A stretch of DNA of 64,000 nt from an uncultured Chloroflexia bacterium (GCA_963751345.1 CAVVUS010000012.1:17982-81981); one strand, 5' to 3'; positions 53,525 through 63,079 are shown, counted from the first letter of the stretch. Program-made: numbers and translations. The notes: generated by a model from the letters alone, not told the origin.

Positions 53525-54274
53525 ATGAAAACACGCAAACTTGGATATCTGGGCATCGCCCTGTTCGTCCTGGTCACCACGCTCGTGACAGGCTGCAAAT
53601 CGGCATCCAACACCATCGTCGTCGCCACCGACGCCACATGGCCGCCCATGGAAATGGTTGACGAGAACAAGAATATCGTCGGCTTCGACATCGACCTCAT
53701 GAACGCGATCGCCAAGGAGGCCGGATTCACCGTCGAGTACAAGAACGTCGCTTGGGACGGCATCTTTGCCGGGTTGGCCGCAGGCGAGTATGACGCAATC
53801 ATCTCATCTGTCACCATCACCGCTGACCGTCAGGAGACCTACGACTTCTCCGATCCCTACATCAACGCGGGTCAGATCGTCGTCGTCCAGACCAGCAGCG
53901 ACATCACCGGGCCTGACACGCTGAGCGGGCACACGGTCGGGGCGCAGATCGGCACCACCGGTGCGCTTGCCGTTCAGGCGATGGATGGCGTCACACTTAG
54001 AGAGTACGACGAGGTCGGGTTGGCCTTCGAGGATCTGGTCGCCGGGCGCATCGACGCCGTGGTCTGCGACACCCCCGTGGCTGCCGACTTCGCCCTGCAG
54101 CGCGAGGAGTACAAGTCCGCTCTGAAGATCGTCGGCGATGCGTTCACCGACGAGTACTATGGGATCGTCGTCCAGAAGGGCAACACCGACCTCCTGGCAA
54201 AGATCAACGACGGCCTCCACGCCGTTCAGCAGGCCGGCCTCGACAAGCAATTTGAGGCTCAGTGGCTTCGCTAG
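53525..54274 (+). CDS. Polar (basic) amino acid ABC transporter substrate-binding lipoprotein
   Basis: Lipobox VTGC, ATDATWPPME, GFDIDL, TITADR..DFSDPY; TTGACA..CATAAT promoter at 53414-41. Confidence 0.92.
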   Translation: MKTRKLGYLGIALFVLVTTLVTGCKSASNTIVVATDATWPPMEMVDENKNIVGFDIDLMNAIAKEAGFTVEYKNVAWDGIFAGLAAGEYDAIISSVTITADRQETYDFSDPYINAGQIVVVQTSSDITGPDTLSGHTVGAQIGTTGALAVQAMDGVTLREYDEVGLAFEDLVAGRIDAVVCDTPVAADFALQREEYKSALKIVGDAFTDEYYGIVVQKGNTDLLAKINDGLHAVQQAGLDKQFEAQWLR

Positions 54275-54414
54275 TCCGCCGGGATTCGAGCGTCGCGCGA
54301 CTCTCGCAAGTGCGCTGACCTCTGAGAGTCGTCTGTCGCGATCACAATCGATGCAGAGAACACGGTCCATCCGGATGGACCGTGTTCTCTAAATGGAGCC
54401 ACGAGGAGGCATAA

Positions 54415-55605
54415 GTGAGCGAAACGCAGAGTAGCGAACCTCGACGATCGCGCGAGCTCTGGCAGGACGACAGCGCCGCCATACCCCGCGAGCGCAGTCT
54501 GATGATCGCCTGGTGGATTGCGCTGGCCTTGGGCGTAAGCTTCGTCGTGGGCACCGTGGTGCTGAAACCGGATCCCTACGACGAGATCATCCGCTTCCTC
54601 GGTGACGGACTCGTCGTCACCTTCCAGATGACCATCGTCTCGATGACCTTTGCCCTGATTCTGGGGCTCTTCGCGGGGCTGGGGCGCACGGCGCGATCGC
54701 TGACGGTCAACACCATCGCCTCGCTCTACGTGGAGATCATCCGGGGCATTCCCCTGCTGGTCCAGCTCTTCTGGATCTACTATGCCCTCTCCCGCTTCAT
54801 CCGCCTCGGCCCCCAGGTCTCGGCCGTCCTGGGCCTCACCATCTGCTATGGCGCCTATATCGGGGAGACCTTCCGGGCCGGCATCCAATCGATCCCCAAG
54901 GGACAGATGGAGGCCGCCAGGGCACTCGGCCTCACCCGCACCCAGGCCATGCGCCACGTGATCGTGCCCCAGGCCATTCGCATCGTCCTCCCGCCCGTCG
55001 GCAACGAGTTCATCGCGATGCTCAAGGACTCCTCCCTGGTCTCGGTGCTCGCCATCTCGGACATGCTCCGCCGCGGTCGCGAGTACGCCTCGCGCACCTT
55101 CGCCTACTTCGAGACCTACACGATGGTGGCCCTGATCTACCTGCTCGTCACCCTGGTCTTCTCCCGCGTCGTCTTCTACATCGAGCAGGGGATGGCGCGC
55201 CAGGGCAAGACCTTCTCGGTCTCGGTGATGCACCGGCTGGCCGGCGTGATGGTCGACTTCGTCATCCTCGACTTCGTGGGGCTGCCGGTCTTGGGCCTGA
55301 TCGCGCTGGCGGTGCCCACCGGGCCGCTTGCCGTCATCGTGCCCGCAGTCGCCATGAGTGTCGTGGCCATCGTCTATCTCCTGGGCTTCTGGGCGCGGAA
55401 CGGTCAGACGCCGGGCATGATGTCGGTGGGCCTGCGCGTGGTCGAACGCCGAGCGGCGCACCGCCCTCGCTCGGTCAGGCGCTGGGCAAGACTGCTGCTG
55501 GGCATGCTGCCCGTGCCGGGGTTCAGCCTCCTCTTCGCCCACCCCGTGCTTGGCGGGAGCCCGCTGCAGGACCGGCTGACGCACACGACCATAGATCGGG
55601 TCTGA
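54415..55605 (+). CDS. Polar amino acid ABC permease with C-terminal RDD-like domain
   Basis: YVEIIRGIPLLVQL, EAARALG, KDSSL; then HRLAGVMVDF..GQTPGMMSVGLRVV..LQDRL. Confidence 0.88.
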   Translation: MSETQSSEPRRSRELWQDDSAAIPRERSLMIAWWIALALGVSFVVGTVVLKPDPYDEIIRFLGDGLVVTFQMTIVSMTFALILGLFAGLGRTARSLTVNTIASLYVEIIRGIPLLVQLFWIYYALSRFIRLGPQVSAVLGLTICYGAYIGETFRAGIQSIPKGQMEAARALGLTRTQAMRHVIVPQAIRIVLPPVGNEFIAMLKDSSLVSVLAISDMLRRGREYASRTFAYFETYTMVALIYLLVTLVFSRVVFYIEQGMARQGKTFSVSVMHRLAGVMVDFVILDFVGLPVLGLIALAVPTGPLAVIVPAVAMSVVAIVYLLGFWARNGQTPGMMSVGLRVVERRAAHRPRSVRRWARLLLGMLPVPGFSLLFAHPVLGGSPLQDRLTHTTIDRV

Positions 55606-55614
55606 GGGAGGTCA

Positions 55615-56358
55615 TTGATGTCAGAGAACCCTATCGTCGAAGTCCGCAATCTGTCGAAGCACTTCGGACGCATCGAAGCCGTCCGGGACGTCAGCCTCGA
55701 GGTCCAACGCGGCGAGGTCGTGGTCATCATCGGCCCCAGCGGATCGGGAAAATCCACCTTGCTGCGCTGCGTCAACCGGCTGGAAGTGCCCAGCGCGGGT
55801 TCCATCACCATCGACGGCGTGGAGCTCAAGAACAACGAGAAACAGATCAACGAGATCCGCGCCGAGGTCGGCATGGTCTTCCAGCAGTTCAACCTCTTCC
55901 CGCACAAGACCGTCCTGGAGAACATCACGCTGGGCCCTACGGTGGTGCGCAAGATGGAGGAAGACGCCGCCGAAGCGCAGGCCCACGAACTCCTGGCCAA
56001 GGTCGGCATCCCCGAAAAGGCCGACGCCTACCCGGAACAGCTCTCCGGCGGCCAACAGCAGCGTGTGGCCATCGCCCGTGCGCTCGCGATGGAGCCGAAG
56101 GTCATGTTGTTCGACGAACCGACGTCGGCCCTCGACCCCGAGATGATCAAAGAAGTCCTCGACGTCATGCTCGACCTGGCGAAGGAAGGCATGACGATGC
56201 TCGTCGTCTCCCACGAGATGGGCTTCGCCCGCGCCGCCGCCCAGCGCATCGTCTTCATGGACCAGGGGCAGATCGTCGAGATCACCACACCCGAGCTGCT
56301 CTTCACCGCCCCCAAGCACGAGCGGCTCAAGCGCTTCCTCAGCCAGATCTTGCCGTAG
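55615..56358 (+). CDS. glnQ: Polar amino acid ABC ATP-binding protein
   Basis: [42 protein letters not shown]. Confidence 0.93.
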   Translation: MMSENPIVEVRNLSKHFGRIEAVRDVSLEVQRGEVVVIIGPSGSGKSTLLRCVNRLEVPSAGSITIDGVELKNNEKQINEIRAEVGMVFQQFNLFPHKTVLENITLGPTVVRKMEEDAAEAQAHELLAKVGIPEKADAYPEQLSGGQQQRVAIARALAMEPKVMLFDEPTSALDPEMIKEVLDVMLDLAKEGMTMLVVSHEMGFARAAAQRIVFMDQGQIVEITTPELLFTAPKHERLKRFLSQILP

Positions 56359-56412
56359 GAAGCGGCTCGCTGAAAGCTAGATAGCTGACGGCCAATAGCC
56401 CTCTTACAGCTA

Positions 56413-56709
56413 TCAGCACCGGCCTACCGGTGTCATGTCACCGGCGTGGTACGCCGGGATGACCTCCCTTCGACCGGCGCCGGCCCGCCCTGCGCCAACA
56501 TCGCCGGGAGAAACACACCATCCACAAACCGGTCGAAGCCTGCTTTCGAAACGCCACACGTCCGAGATCCGCCAACCGCCCGGCACCGGACCGCACGCGT
56601 GATAGAGAATACGCCTCCGAGCGCGCCCTCGCCGCTCAGACTCGCCCCCCACCCGATCGACAGCGCCTGACTCACACCCGGGAAACTCGAGCAACGTCAT
56701 CACCGTCAT
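56413..56709 (-). CDS. Small hypothetical ferredoxin-like-fold protein; probably frameshifted
   Basis: ILYHACGPVPGGWRISDVW.S...FDRF pattern; GAGGAGG RBS. Confidence 0.55.
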   Translation of the reverse strand: MTVMTLLEFPGCESGAVDRVGGESERRGRARRRILYHACGPVPGGWRISDVWRFESRLRPVCGWCVSPGDVGAGRAGAGRREVIPAYHAGDMTPVGRC

Positions 56710-56869
56710 CAGCGCACCCTCCTCACCCCGATCCATCGGTACCCCAGCCCGTTTCCCCGATCATAGCCCCCCGTACCGCCCGGTCAATGGCTCAGCCGCC
56801 GCGCGCTGGGCGCCCATTCGATCGCCTGAGGCGCCAACGCCGTCCAGGCGCCACGCCTTCTGCCCTCTC

Positions 56870-56901
56870 GGTGCCTGGGACTTTCCGCAGTCCCTGGCAC
56901 C
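56870..56901. repeat. REP-like palindrome, copy 2
   Basis: GGTGCCTGGGACTTTCCGCAGTCCCTGGCACC. Confidence 0.75.
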
Positions 56902-56985
56902 TGCCCCCACCGCATTGCCACCTCTCCCCGAAAGCGCTACAATACCCCTCACAACCGACACACGACCATAGGAACCGTCAGCACT

Positions 56986-57327
56986 ATGCGACTGCCAAAC
57001 CGTAGTCAAGCCTACATCCCACCGCCCAAGCTGACCGACTACCTGCTCTCAGAGACCCACGCCGTCGGCAGGTCGTAGGCCAGATTCTTTCGCGCCGCCG
57101 GCTTCGATGACACAAACGCAGCCGCGCTCGCAGAGGGTCTCCTCTCGATTGCCAGGGCCGGCGCGGTCGTCGAGGTAGACCCGTCGTCCTACGGCACCAA
57201 GTTCGCCGTGGACGGCAGTTTCCAGGCGCCTAACGGCGCGCAGCTCGAACTAAGGACCATCTGGATTGTCGAGCCAGGGGATAACCGGCCCCGCCTGGTC
57301 ACAGCGTACCCGGCAGGCCCAGCCTAG
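56986..57327 (+). pseudogene. DUF6883-like putative toxin with in-frame TAG at 57076-78
   Basis: MRLPNRSQAYIPPPKLTDYLLSETHAVGRS*ARFF...YGTKF...RTIWIV...PRLVTAYP (missed by the ORF track). Confidence 0.78.
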
Positions 57328-57336
57328 AGGGACAAC

Positions 57337-57567
57337 ATGATACGTGAACTAGACACCGTCGTGCTGGCGCACGACATCGATGCACACGGTCTCAAGCGCG
57401 ACGACATCGGCGCCGTCGTTCATCGCTACACCGACGGCCTTGCCTTCGAGGTCGAATTCGTCACCGGCGAGGGCGAGACCATCGCCGTCCTAACCCTGAC
57501 CTCTGACGACGTCCGCCCCATCGGCCGCACCGAGATCCTCCATGTCCGCGAGCTGGCACCCGCCTGA
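57337..57567 (+). CDS. DUF4926 domain protein (putative immunity/antitoxin)
   Basis: ELDTVVL..D..GLKRDDIGAVVH...FEVEFV..GET.AVLTL. Confidence 0.85.
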   Translation: MIRELDTVVLAHDIDAHGLKRDDIGAVVHRYTDGLAFEVEFVTGEGETIAVLTLTSDDVRPIGRTEILHVRELAPA

Positions 57568-57624
57568 CGCGCCATGACCCCACCTCCGCTCCCTCCCCCG
57601 CAGAGACGCCACGTCTTCTGAGTC

Positions 57625-58104
57625 CTAGAGTAGGGAATCCAGCGTCCCAACCGGTGAGCGGTAGCCGGCAACGACCATCTCCAACAGCAGCTCGTTGCCT
57701 TCCGCCAACGTCAGGTGCCCGCGTCGGACGGCGAGCACCAACACACCTACGGTGCCCGAAACCGGGATCCCATAGCGTCCGGCTACTGCGCGTGCGTCAG
57801 CGTCGTCGGTCAAGACCAGGCCGCCGCGTTCAAGCGCCACAGCCAGACACGACCGCTCTCCCGCGCCCAGCCGTCGATTCATGGCGCTGGCACGCGCAGC
57901 CTCGTCCTCCATCATCTCCACAACGATGAGATCGTCCCAGCACGCGCTCGGCAACACGCCTACATCCGCCGCAGCCCGGTACTCGTCCATCACGTCCTGC
58001 GTGGTGCATGCGCGCCCCGCCCACAGCATAGCAACCAGGTCGGCCCGTCCAACGATTGCCAGATTGGAGAGGACGGTGTTGTCGAGGATGATGGGACCTG
58101 GCAC
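57625..58104 (-). CDS. DUF3368-family PIN-domain toxin
   Basis: ILDNTVLSNL, LGAGERSCL, LTDDADAR, GTVGVL. Confidence 0.85.
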   Translation of the reverse strand: MPGPIILDNTVLSNLAIVGRADLVAMLWAGRACTTQDVMDEYRAAADVGVLPSACWDDLIVVEMMEDEAARASAMNRRLGAGERSCLAVALERGGLVLTDDADARAVAGRYGIPVSGTVGVLVLAVRRGHLTLAEGNELLLEMVVAGYRSPVGTLDSLL

Positions 58105-58113
58105 AGGAGAGCC

Positions 58114-58545
58114 TCACCAGGCTTCCAGGGTCTTGACGTCCTCGGCAGCGCCGACCTGATCAAACGGCGCGGCTCTCAACGGGACGTCCAACTGCAGGCA
58201 GCGGGTGCGCAGCTCCAGCCACGGGATGTTCAGCAGCTCTCCTGCGCGCGCCAAGCTGATGCTTCCCGCCAGGTAGTGCGCAAACACCAACCCGTAGCGC
58301 GCCTCGGCGTCATCTAGCGCGTCCACCTCCGCCTCGCCCAGCCCCGCCTCCGGATCGATCTCTGACCGCTCGGCGTAAAAGTGCATCACGGCTCGCAGGA
58401 TGCGGTAGTCGATGATGTCCATGAGGGCGGCCTCAGGCTTGCCATGGCTCTCGATTAGCGTGGTGCGCCCGCGCTGCACATCGCTGAGCACCTGGCGGGT
58501 GTTCCGAGCGAGTTCAGTTCGGCTTACCTTCTGTTCGACCGTCAT
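58114..58545 (-). CDS. Antitoxin: Phd/YefM N-domain fused to UPF0175-like HTH
   Basis: VSRTELARNTRQVL..V......IESHGKPEAAL; YLAGSISLARAGELL. Confidence 0.78.
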   Translation of the reverse strand: MTVEQKVSRTELARNTRQVLSDVQRGRTTLIESHGKPEAALMDIIDYRILRAVMHFYAERSEIDPEAGLGEAEVDALDDAEARYGLVFAHYLAGSISLARAGELLNIPWLELRTRCLQLDVPLRAAPFDQVGAAEDVKTLEAW

Positions 58546-58555
58546 CGCCTCTCTC

Positions 58556-58592
58556 CTACTGTATAATACGCATTTTGCGTATTATACAGTAG
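58556..58592. promoter_or_regulatory. Perfect 17-bp inverted repeat operator/promoter of the TA operon
   Basis: CTACTGTATAATACGCA-ttt-TGCGTATTATACAGTAG. Confidence 0.8.
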
Positions 58593-58669
58593 TTCATCGC
58601 ACCGGCGAGGCCGGCTCACAGATTCGTGAGGATTCGTGGTGATCCGTGATTCCATCCGCCCAACCTGCT

Positions 58670-59050
58670 TGACGAGGTTCTGTGCTCCTCCGCAGCAGCT
58701 CCCGAACCAGGTAGTTCACGCTCTCCACGCCGAAGTCGGGCTCCTGCTGGAACGGCGCGCGGACGTAGCGCGGTGGTTGTCCCTCGCCCTCGCGCACCTC
58801 GACCAGCGCCAGGATGGACTGCTCAGGGCTGTCAAACCCTCTCAGGATCTAGTCATAGGCGACGGATACCGTGCGCGCGCCTGTCCCGCCGCCCTTGACC
58901 TCGATGAAACGTAGACGCCCGTCGCCCGGACTCTGGTCCGCAGGGTCCAGGCCCTCGATGTCGTGCCCCAAGTTGTGCACGCTGACGTCCGTCGGATGGT
59001 GGCCCAGTGCGATCTCGACCTGCATCACCGCCTGCATCGCGATCTTCAGC
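58670..59050 (-). pseudogene. Remnant C-terminal DUF3883 (NOV_C-like nuclease) domain of a large helicase
   Basis: IAMQAVM..E...G..PTDVS..NLGHDI....RFIEVKG; LALVEV..PRYVRAPFQQEPDFGVESVNY; interrupted, no N-terminus. Confidence 0.7.
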
Positions 59051-59368
59051 GAATACGGTCTTGATGACCCCACAACTGTTCAGGCTCTACGGTTGAAAGG
59101 ACACGGCGACCTGTGCTCTGCGACGGTCTCGTGATGCCATGGACCCAGACGCGATCGGCCTGCCGTGTCCTTTCTCCATGATACTGGAGGGGGCGGCGCC
59201 CCGTCTTCCGGCGTGCGGTCACCGTCGGATGCCGACATAGGCACGGCCTTCGTCGTGAGCACCCAAGTACAGCAGGTGACCCTGCGTCCGCAGACGGGGC
59301 ACCGCCCCGTCTCTACAACGGCGGCGTAGCTGCGGAAAAGTGACCCACACGCGACCCCACCTCCAGAC

Positions 59369-59424
59369 TTGATTGGCCCCGTTTCCTGTGCTATAGTAGG
59401 GATATGAGATAGAACATAAGTTCC
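59369..59424 (+). promoter_or_regulatory. Promoter with downstream LexA (SOS) box
   Basis: TTGATT-17 bp-TATAGT with extended TG; AGAAC-ataa-GTTCC at 59411-24 fits GAAC-N4-GTTC. Confidence 0.6.
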
Positions 59425-59481
59425 ATATAGCCCTGGTGGCACGATCTCCCCGATGCTCAACACTCCCAAGGAGCCCTTCCT

Positions 59482-59590
59482 ATGACCACCCAACCCGGCA
59501 CTGTCTTCCTGGAAAGCGATATTCTGCACGATGAATGGACCAAGCTGCCCCACGCCCTCATCGACCGGTTGCCGCTGATTGCCACCGCGA
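59482..59590 (+). pseudogene. Truncated ORF resembling the N-terminus of a phage/plasmid replication protein
   Basis: AAGGAG RBS; DEWTKLPHALIDRLPLI then runs into repeats. Confidence 0.35.
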
Positions 59591-59970
59591 ACGAACCCAT
59601 GATGGCCACTGAGCCCCTGTCCGCTCAAGCCCCATTCATGGGGCGCTGCCATCTAGCCCGGCGACTTCATCGCCGGGCGGGCCTTCATCCGCCGGGCGGG
59701 GCCCGCTGCGAAACGAACCCATTCTTGCCACTGAGACCCCTGTCCGCCCAAGCCCCATTCATGCGGCGCTGCCATCTGCCCGGCGACTTCATCGCCGGGC
59801 GGGCCTTCCTATCCCGCCCCTTACCAAACGAACCCATTTTCCTCCCTCGTCTCCCGGTCTTGCGAAACGAACCCATTTGCCGACTCCGAGATTCCTCCTA
59901 TTCTCCATTCTAACCTCATTCTGCCGACTCCGAGATTCTGCATTCTCGATTCTCTATTCTTCATTCTCCC
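59587..59970. repeat. Two ~121-bp direct repeats with internal hairpins, four AACGAACCCAT motifs and an ATTCT-rich low-complexity tail
   Basis: GCCACTGAG..CCCTGTCCG..AAGCCCCATTCATG..GCCCGGCGACTTCATCGCCGGGCGGGCCTTC at about 59605 and 59727. Confidence 0.85.
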
Positions 59971-60035
59971 CCTCCCCTTGCATTCCTCGCGCTTAGAGGT
60001 ACCTTAAGTCATCACTTATCGGAGGTATCCTGTCG

Positions 60036-61085
60036 ATGTCGTCTCCCATCACCAGCCGCGAGCGCGTCACCAAAGCGTTGCGTTTCGAGCACCCCGACCG
60101 TGCCCCACGCGATCTGTGGACGCTGCCCGGGATCCCGATGCGCCGGCCGGAGGCGTTGGCTGCGATGCGGGCTGCGTACCCGTCGGACTTCACAGGCCCT
60201 GACTTCAGCTACGGCCCTGCCGACCGCGCGCGGGGCATTCCCAATCAGATCGGCTCCTACGTGGACGAATGGGGCTGCGGTTGGGAGGTCGCGGAGGTCG
60301 GTGTAGTCGGTGAGGTGAAGCACGCGCCGCTGGCCGACTGGGCCGCGCTGGCCACGTATCAGCCTCCCTGGGAGATGCTGGAGGATGCCGATTTCAGCCG
60401 CGTGGACGCAGCCTGCGCTGCCACCGACAGGTTCGTGCTGGCCCCGGCCGACACCGTCCGCCCCTTCGAACGCATGCAGTTCCTGCGCGGCAGCGAGAAG
60501 CTCTACCTCGACCTCGGCTACGGCACGCGGGAGATGCTGAAGCTTCGGGATATGCTGCACGCCTACTTCATCCGCGCGCTGGAGCTATGGATCAAGACCG
60601 ACGTCGACGCCATCGGCTTCATGGATGACTGGGGCACGCAGGAGCGACTGCTCATCTCGCCGGCCATGTGGCGCGAGCTCTTCAAGCCGCTCTACGCGGA
60701 TTACTGCGACATCATCCACGGAGCCGGCAAGTTCGTCTTTATGCATTCCGACGGCTACATTGCCGCGATCTATCCCGACCTCATCGAGATCGGCGTCGAC
60801 GCGCTGAACTCGCAGCTCTTCTGTATGGACATCGAAGCGTTGGCGCGCCAATACCGGGGCAAGATCACGTTCTGGGGCGAGATCGATCGCCAGCACCTGC
60901 TGCCCTTCGGTACCGTCGAGGACGTCAAAGCCGGCGTCCGGCGCGTCCGGCAGGCGCTCGACGACGGATCCGGAGGCGTCATCGCCCAGTGCGAGTGGGG
61001 CAACGATGTCTCGGCAGAGAACGTGGCAGCCGTCTTCGAGACATGGATGGAACCGCGCACTGCCGCCATCGCGACGGCAGAATAG
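60036..61085 (+). CDS. Uroporphyrinogen decarboxylase/MtaA-like family protein
   Basis: SRERV..AL...PDR.P, DEWGC, DDWGTQ..LISP..WRELFKP, MHSDG, GEIDRQ. Confidence 0.88.
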   Translation: MSSPITSRERVTKALRFEHPDRAPRDLWTLPGIPMRRPEALAAMRAAYPSDFTGPDFSYGPADRARGIPNQIGSYVDEWGCGWEVAEVGVVGEVKHAPLADWAALATYQPPWEMLEDADFSRVDAACAATDRFVLAPADTVRPFERMQFLRGSEKLYLDLGYGTREMLKLRDMLHAYFIRALELWIKTDVDAIGFMDDWGTQERLLISPAMWRELFKPLYADYCDIIHGAGKFVFMHSDGYIAAIYPDLIEIGVDALNSQLFCMDIEALARQYRGKITFWGEIDRQHLLPFGTVEDVKAGVRRVRQALDDGSGGVIAQCEWGNDVSAENVAAVFETWMEPRTAAIATAE

Positions 61086-61135
61086 CTTCGCGGCGACGGA
61101 AGCAACCCTTAACTTTTTCTGGAGGAAATACCGCT

Positions 61136-62116
61136 ATGCTCCGTAGATTGACCCTTTGTTTGGCTATCAGTATCCTGGTTCTCACCGCGTGTTCGGCGCA
61201 GCCGACGGAAGCTCCCACAATCGAGCCCACGACGTCATTTCCGCCGACCCAACAGCCCTCGTCGCAGCCGGTTGCCCCCCGGCGCACGCCGGAGTCGGCC
61301 GCGACGATGGAACCGATCCAGGTACTTGTCGGCACACCCACAACCGCGCCGGCGCTTGGCCCGACGCCGGAGGCCACGCTGATCCCGGAATCCACCGTAA
61401 CGGAAACCGAGGTTCTCACAGAGACGCTGCTCCCAACGCCGATGCCCCTGCCCACGATGGCGCCGGCGCCGCCTGCGCCCAGGACGAATCCCCTGGCCCA
61501 GCCGACGCCCGAACCGATTGTCACCAACTCAGCGCTGACCATACTTCGAGATGAGACGCCTGCGCCGCCGCTCACCGTGATCGTGAGCATGAACCGCGAG
61601 TTCGCCGGCTACCACTTCGAGATCTCGGGCCTTGTACGCAACGATGACACCGTGCCCTACACTGATCTCGATATGAACGCCACGTTCTTCCGCGCCGACG
61701 GATCGCGCTTTGGGCCGGTCCAGGTCAACGTCCAGTGCCCGATCCTGGAGCCGGGTGACAGCTGCCCGTTCCTGTTGGATACCATTGACAAGGACATCAC
61801 CCAGGTGATGCTCCACCCCGACGGGCATCCTACCGACCGGAACACCGTGCCCGTCGATCTCAACGGCGTCTCGGCCTCTCGAGACGCCATCGGCTACGTG
61901 CATATCAAGGGCTCGGTCCACAACCCCAATCCGGTCATCGTTCGCGACGTCACGATCACAGGCGTGCTGATCGATCAGACGGGTGTGATTGTCAACGCGG
62001 GGGTTGATCTGCTGCTCGATCCTATCGATCCGGGCGCCTCGGCCTCGTTCGATGTCGTGATCAGCCCGGCTCCCTACGCGCAGTACCAGCTCTACGTTCA
62101 GGCGCTGCCGCAGTAG
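61136..62116 (+). CDS. Lipoprotein with Pro/Thr linker and two FxLYD-like Ig domains
   Basis: Lipobox LTAC; ISGLVRN..ATFFRADG..LEPGDSCPF; IKGSVHN..IDPGASASF. Confidence 0.8.
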   Translation: MLRRLTLCLAISILVLTACSAQPTEAPTIEPTTSFPPTQQPSSQPVAPRRTPESAATMEPIQVLVGTPTTAPALGPTPEATLIPESTVTETEVLTETLLPTPMPLPTMAPAPPAPRTNPLAQPTPEPIVTNSALTILRDETPAPPLTVIVSMNREFAGYHFEISGLVRNDDTVPYTDLDMNATFFRADGSRFGPVQVNVQCPILEPGDSCPFLLDTIDKDITQVMLHPDGHPTDRNTVPVDLNGVSASRDAIGYVHIKGSVHNPNPVIVRDVTITGVLIDQTGVIVNAGVDLLLDPIDPGASASFDVVISPAPYAQYQLYVQALPQ

Positions 62117-62128
62117 CGGACAAGCCTT

Positions 62129-63079
62129 ATGTACTTGGTTGCCAGCACGAACGCCGGCGTTGGCCTCCCGGTGGCAATGGACCTGTTGCGTGCAGGGCGC
62201 TCGGCGGCGGATGCTGTTGAGGCCGCCATCCGCGCCGTAGAGGACAACGCCGAGGACCATTCAGTCGGCTACGGCGGTTACCCCAACCTGATCGGTGAGG
62301 TGGAGCTGGACGCCGGGATGATGCAGGGCAGCGACCGCACGAGTGGTGCGGTCGCTGCCCTGAAGAACTACCGGCACCCCATCTCCGTCGCGCGACGCGT
62401 GATGGACAAGCTGCCGCACGTCCTCCTGGTGGGCGAAGGAGCGGGGCGCTTTGCAGCCGAGATGGGCTTCGAGCCCGAGGACTTGCTCACCGACGCGGCA
62501 CGCCGGGCCTGGGCCCGCGGTCTCACACCCGAGATGTCCGATGACGAGCTCGGTAGCATCGCGAGTCGGGACGATATCTGGCGCTGGGTAGAGATCGCGA
62601 CCGATCCGGAGCGCACCCACGGCACCACCAACGTGATCGCTCGCGATGCGCAGGGCCACATCTGCGCCGGCGTGAGCACCAGCGGGTGGGCCTGGAAGTA
62701 TCCCGGGCGGGTGGGAGATTCACCGATCGCCGGCGCCGGGTTCTATGCGGACGACCGCTACGGTGCCGCCGCGTGCACCGGCACCGGCGAGATGGCCATT
62801 CGTGCGGCGACAGCGCACAGCGTCGTCTTCTACTTGAAGATGGGGTTCTCGCTCATAGAGGCGGGCAACCGGGCGATGGCGGATCTCAACGATCTGGGCG
62901 GCCACTACCTGAGTGGGATGAGCTTCGTCGCCGTCGACCGCGAGGGAAACCATGCCGCATTCGGCAGCTACCCGAAATCGACCTATCTCTACATGGACGA
63001 CGCCATGGCCGCGCCGGCAACGCTTCCCCGGACCCAGGTGTTGATCACGCAGCGTTGGGAGAAGCGGACCGCGAGGTAG
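62129..63079 (+). CDS. Isoaspartyl peptidase/L-asparaginase type 2 (Ntn hydrolase)
   Basis: SVGYGG.PN..GEVELDA, HPISVAR, HG/TT nucleophile, STSG..K.PGRVGDSP, TGTGE. Confidence 0.88.
   Translation: MYLVASTNAGVGLPVAMDLLRAGRSAADAVEAAIRAVEDNAEDHSVGYGGYPNLIGEVELDAGMMQGSDRTSGAVAALKNYRHPISVARRVMDKLPHVLLVGEGAGRFAAEMGFEPEDLLTDAARRAWARGLTPEMSDDELGSIASRDDIWRWVEIATDPERTHGTTNVIARDAQGHICAGVSTSGWAWKYPGRVGDSPIAGAGFYADDRYGAAACTGTGEMAIRAATAHSVVFYLKMGFSLIEAGNRAMADLNDLGGHYLSGMSFVAVDREGNHAAFGSYPKSTYLYMDDAMAAPATLPRTQVLITQRWEKRTAR

Noticed and set aside
59587-59880. Possible CRISPR array (recurring AACGAACCCAT)
   Set aside because: The motif is only about 11-14 bp, spacing is irregular, two spacers are copies of each other, and there are no cas genes
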